64,000 bases of DNA, from contig MU008162.1 in the NCBI GenBank assembly GCA_010909165.1, forward strand, positions 1,426,001 to 1,490,000, written 5' to 3'. The first letter of the stretch is position 1, and each line of letters starts with the position of its first letter. Below are positions 59,983 to 64,000 of the stretch, piece by piece. Both the position numbers and the translations under genes were made by a program. The notes under the pieces were generated by a model. That model was not told the origin of the DNA. It did not search any database and worked only from the letters and a program-made list of their open reading frames with translations. This DNA comes from Anthoceros angustus. Taxonomy: Eukaryota; Plantae; Anthocerotophyta.

Positions 59983-60065
59983 GCGTGAAGTCCTTACAGC
60001 GTGTCGTCCTTAAGTCGGCGAGGCGTGAAGTTCTCACAGCGTGACGTTCTTACGTCGGCGAGGCG
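59983..60065. repeat. 40-bp tandem repeat x2
   Basis: GCGTGAAGTyCTyACAGCGTGwCGTyCTTAmGTCGGCGAG at 59983 and 60023. Confidence 0.9.
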
Positions 60066-60552
60066 CAAATTCTTTCAGTAGGGTCGTCCCTGCACATACC
60101 TGAAGGACAAGTGGTCTATCAAGTACATGAGGACCTGACCAGTGGTTTTACATAGTACTATGGCTTCCATTAGCAACCAAGCATCCAGACTGTCAAATAC
60201 GGCGCTGCAGGAATGGAAGTTCCATGGTGGGTTGCGGAAGGCCTTGATCGGGCTGTTCAAGCCGGGTATACCACACTGCCAGAGGCAGGTTTCTGCCAAC
60301 CATTCCATTTCATAGTAGCCCACTTCAGTTGTCCTGACAAGAAGTTGGCAAAGGCAAATTCGAGCCCACCTGGCTGGAACTTCTTGGGTGCTCCAGCAAA
60401 GAATATTTCGGTCTGCAACAGGTTATCACTCCAGGAAGTGATACATGACAGAGCAGAGTCCGGAATCCTGCATCATTTGGCAATCCGTCTGTGAATGCCA
60501 GAGTGGCAAGGGTTGTGGACGATGGTCTCTGTGAGGCTGCAGGAAGGTTCCC

Positions 60553-63062
60553 TCATGACACCTCATCATCAGACCAGGCCTTCGTGCTCCAGGGCTGGGC
60601 GCACATCTGTGAGGCAGAGTCATGCCGCCAGATCGGAGTCTGCCGCAGCGTGCCATTCAGCATGAGCTCCCCGCAGTCGACTGTGAAGCAAGTGGATGCT
60701 TTGCATTTCGTTATAGCTTCATGAGCTTGCTGTACGGAGGGCAATGGCGTCGAAGGGAAGAGGTTGGCATCCAGTGCAATGACATGCAAGCCATTGTCGT
60801 AGGCACAGCCTATGGTTTTAGACCACTTCTCCCCCTGCAGCCCACAAAGAATGGCATTCAGGCTCTCGTCTTCTGTGATGTTGGCTGCCACTGCAAAGTT
60901 CACCACAGCTTCCAGAGCTTGGATGGTGGCCCTTTCCGCCCTGGCGAAGAGAAAGCGGAGGTCGAACTGCCTGAGGGCATCCGATGGCGGGTCCTCTTCG
61001 TACAGCAAGCTTGCCAGAAGAGCACCACTGCCATACGAGAGGAGGAAGGGGCGGGGATCTCGGACCCAGTACAGCCCTGGATCGGTCACCACCACATGCC
61101 TCCCCTGCTTCAGCAGATGCAAAACTGCAGGCAACACAGGGAGAAGCTCCGGCTCGCAGAAAGGGTCAGTATCGCAGTTGATGTCGGCAAAGTTCTCCTC
61201 CTTCCTCACAGGCTCCATGTACACAGCCAGGCCCAGCGTGAAGGCATATCTGTACAGCTCTTCATCCAGAGCGGAAACAAGCAGGGTGATGTGCATCTCC
61301 TTCAACCTGCAAGCCAAGTTTGCCACCATCTCCTTCTGCCTCCCACTTCCCACAGCCAACACAACGGTGCCATTCTCATCCTCCACATGTGGAAGCAGGT
61401 CTTCCATCATCAGGGGAAAGCCAGGAGTACGCAACCCCCTCTCCTTGGGAATCAACTCCACTCCAACTTTGATCTCCTGAGGAACATTCCCACAATAAAT
61501 ACCCTTCCCATGCACCTCCATCCCACTCTGCGTCCGCTCAGCCCACACACTGTAACTGCAACGACAAGCACCCGCCTTCAAGTGATGCATCAAGCACAAC
61601 CGCCCTTCCGAGACCTCTGCACACGGCAGCACCTTCCAGGGCACATGCAACGACATGCCCATCTGCTCCCGAAACGACCCACTCAGCCTGGACAAAAAAA
61701 TATTAGCATCAGCTTCATAGTTGGTCCTCTTATTCGAGCTCCAGAAGTTCTTCACTCCCCTGGCCTCAGCAAACGAGGACGAAGAGATGTCATTGGCCTC
61801 AGTCAGATGGGCATAGGAATGCGAAACATGGATGGCAGTCAATGCTGTCGACGCATCCACCACCGTCCGGCTTCCATTATGCAGCATCTCATGCGTCATC
61901 CAATTATCATACCTCCCTCTCCCATACGCAAAGGGCGGCATCTGCGTCCGAAACAAAGGAGGACAATCCGGCCCTCCATTCCAAGCCCAAAAATCCAACC
62001 CACCATGAGTATGCAGCATCCCCTGCTCAGCCACAAACCGCCCAACATCCCCATCCGTCACCACCTCCTCGGTCTCCCTATGCTGCCACTGCCACTGCCA
62101 TTGCCACTGCCACTCCCAGGCTGCCGCAGCCCCAGCCTCCTCACCATCCCACCCCCCACCATCTCCTCCTGCAGAAACGTTTCTCTCCAATCCCCTCCCT
62201 TCCCTCTCCACCAGCGAGAACGGAAAATGGGCCACATCCCACCGGTTCCCCGTCACGACCCAATGCCGAAACCTGGAACCCACCTTCTGAAGAACAGGGA
62301 GAAAGTCATGGAGAAAGTAGATATCCGCATTGCTGAGCACATAAATCCCGGGGGAAGCAGCCCTTGCCGCAGCCGCCTGCACCCGGGCCACCACAGAATG
62401 AAACTGCGGGATTCCCAGAAAATTGTGATCAATATCAGGCTCCACGGACACCTTCCCGGGAGGAAAAAGCCGCGCAACTTCGTGGAAAGAGGGATGGTCT
62501 CCCAGCAGCACCACCTCCTTCACCGGCCTGAGCCGAACCCAGGACCGCAGCGCCTGCACCTGCCGCTCCCGCGCCTCGCCCACAAACGGCTTGGCGGCTG
62601 TGAAGAAGAAGATGGGCAGATCCCGATCCCCCGCCTTCCCCTGCGAGAGCCCGTCGCTGCCGCTGTCGCTGTCGCGCAACCTGCGGGCATAGGCATTTCT
62701 CGATCGGCCCTCCACATGGCCCCAGGGGCTCCAGAGGCAGAGGCCGCGGTCCGCGGCTGGCCGGCCATCCGAGCTCTGCACTGCCCAGAAGAGCAGCACC
62801 TGGATCCCTGCACCCACCGCAATCCGATCCCGTCACGACCCACAGAACCAAAGGCGGACGACCGGACTGGGCTCGATCGCATTCACACAGAAGGGGAGAG
62901 AAGAGAAGAAACCGAAGGCGGACATTTGCAGGCACCTGCGCAGAGGAAGAGGGCGAGCGCAACCGCAACGCCCACGCCCCGGGCCGGGGGGCGGCCGGAC
63001 CGGTGCTGTTCAGCCGCCTTGGCAGCTTCGTGGATCCTTCGCGCACCGTCCCCGGCAGCCAT
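60553..63062 (-). CDS. RAY1-like (GT77-related) two-domain type II membrane glycosyltransferase, 793 aa; exons 63062-62936 and 62807-60553
   Basis: ATG 63062, MAAGDG..VGVAVALALFLCA|GIQVLLFWAV (TM across a phase-1 intron). RAY1-like blocks IFFFTAAKPFVG..RQVQALRSW, VEPDIDHNFLGIPQFHSVVAR, PPFAYGRG, VVDAS, PLMMEDLL..DENGTVVLAVG, LVSALDEELY..GLAVY, LLKQGRHVVVTD..YWVRDPRPFL, LDANLFP. Confidence 0.88.
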
Positions 63063-63399
63063 GGGGCTCGCGCGCAGCAGCAGGATGCTGCATTTGCAAA
63101 ATGCAGCCTGTGGGCTCGGGGGTCAGGAATGTCCGGAGGCTCAACACACTGCGGTGCGTTGCCCGAGCTGCTTTGCACAAACGTCCGCTGCCATCGGCCT
63201 GGACTTCTGCTCTCGACTCCTCGAGATCCTCGCCCCTAAGCGATGGCAGGTGCCGCCTCCTGCCGACCGTACAACGGCGCTTGCATATTTTAAGCGCCGT
63301 CTAAGTTGCAGTCAAATCGACGTCCAATAGGTGTGAGGAGATCACCTACCATTTCACATGGTGAGACGTCTCGAGGCGTCCTGAGATTGGTGCGAGTCG

Positions 63400-63444
<45 letters not shown>
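63400..63444. repeat. (GGGCTC)7 microsatellite upstream of the RAY1-like gene
   Basis: Perfect hexamer run read directly. Confidence 0.9.
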
Positions 63445-63589
63445 GAGGTAATGGTGATGATTAAACGTGTCGGCAGCGTGCGCTACCTGCGTGTAGGAGA
63501 TCTACTTAGGATGGCGTGGTGGGTACAAAAGCGAGGGCTTTAGGACGGACTCGAGGGCCAACGTGATGCACGGATAAAGCTCACTACGT

Positions 63590-64000
63590 GTGCGCAGCAC
63601 AATACAAGAGGGGTTTACGACCCCAAAAGAATTATGGGAGGACTTCGGGGCACTTGCTTACAAAACGCTCCTACTCTCGGATTCTTCCACATGGCTCAAA
63701 ATGCGGCGGCGACCTGTGTGCCAGGAGGCTGCACTCCCATGGCTTCCGTCCACCCAGGGCTGGAGATGGAAGGGACCTCAATATTGGATAATAGTACATG
63801 CCTGGTCAAAGAGCGCCAGGCAAGAGACGCCAGGCCACCTTCTGCTGCGAGAGTGCTGTAGAGAAGGTGAGGCAGCCTCCGTGCATTCGTATGCCAGATT
63901 CTTGGAGTTGCAATATGGTGGGAGGGTGGTATACCCACTCCACGTCAAGTCCAGATGTTGTCTGGACGTGATGATGGTTTCCGCAGCAGGTTGATGCCTG
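63590..64000 (+). mobile_element. Possible highly decayed RLE-type non-LTR retrotransposon fragment, running off the window
   Basis: AALPWLPS..G.., GHLLLRECCREGE..VH and SRCCLDVMMVS loosely follow the AWL..PS / GH.L.C..GG..RH / R.D order that precedes the RLE domain. Weak similarity only. Confidence 0.25.

Noticed and set aside
60622-63330. 902-aa plus-strand ORF
   Set aside because: Antisense shadow of the GC-rich RAY1-like exon. Pro/His/Leu-rich with no recognisable domain.

Overview
Eukaryotic nuclear DNA from a land plant. Short (~80-170 nt) GT-AG introns, a PLS-class PPR relic and the TE content suggest a non-seed plant such as a hornwort or other bryophyte (inference). Intact genes: intronless GATL (GT8, 8721-9839 +), C3H14/15-like tandem CCCH zinc finger (43000-45143 +), RPS9 (45632-46419 +), 13-exon plastid glucose transporter pGlcT (51554-54920 -), initiator tRNA-Met (59771-59842 +) and a RAY1-like glycosyltransferase (60553-63062 -). 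A minus-strand gene (11204-17119) encodes tandem BRCT repeats followed by a C-terminal BAH-like domain. The centre (about 21-40 kb) is a TE nest: a piggyBac transposase relic, a ~14 kb non-chromovirus Ty3/gypsy element with very long (~4.3 kb) LTRs inserted into the gag start of a related older element, and a LINE 3' fragment. The best candidate for an undescribed system is a ~2.6 kb ORF lying inside the U3 part of those LTRs. It shows synonymous-biased divergence between the two element subfamilies and sits next to an array of TCCGGA motifs. The 13.8-39.5 kb interval is rich in single-base indels and tandem duplications, so it is probably poorly polished long-read assembly and frameshifts there may be artefacts.
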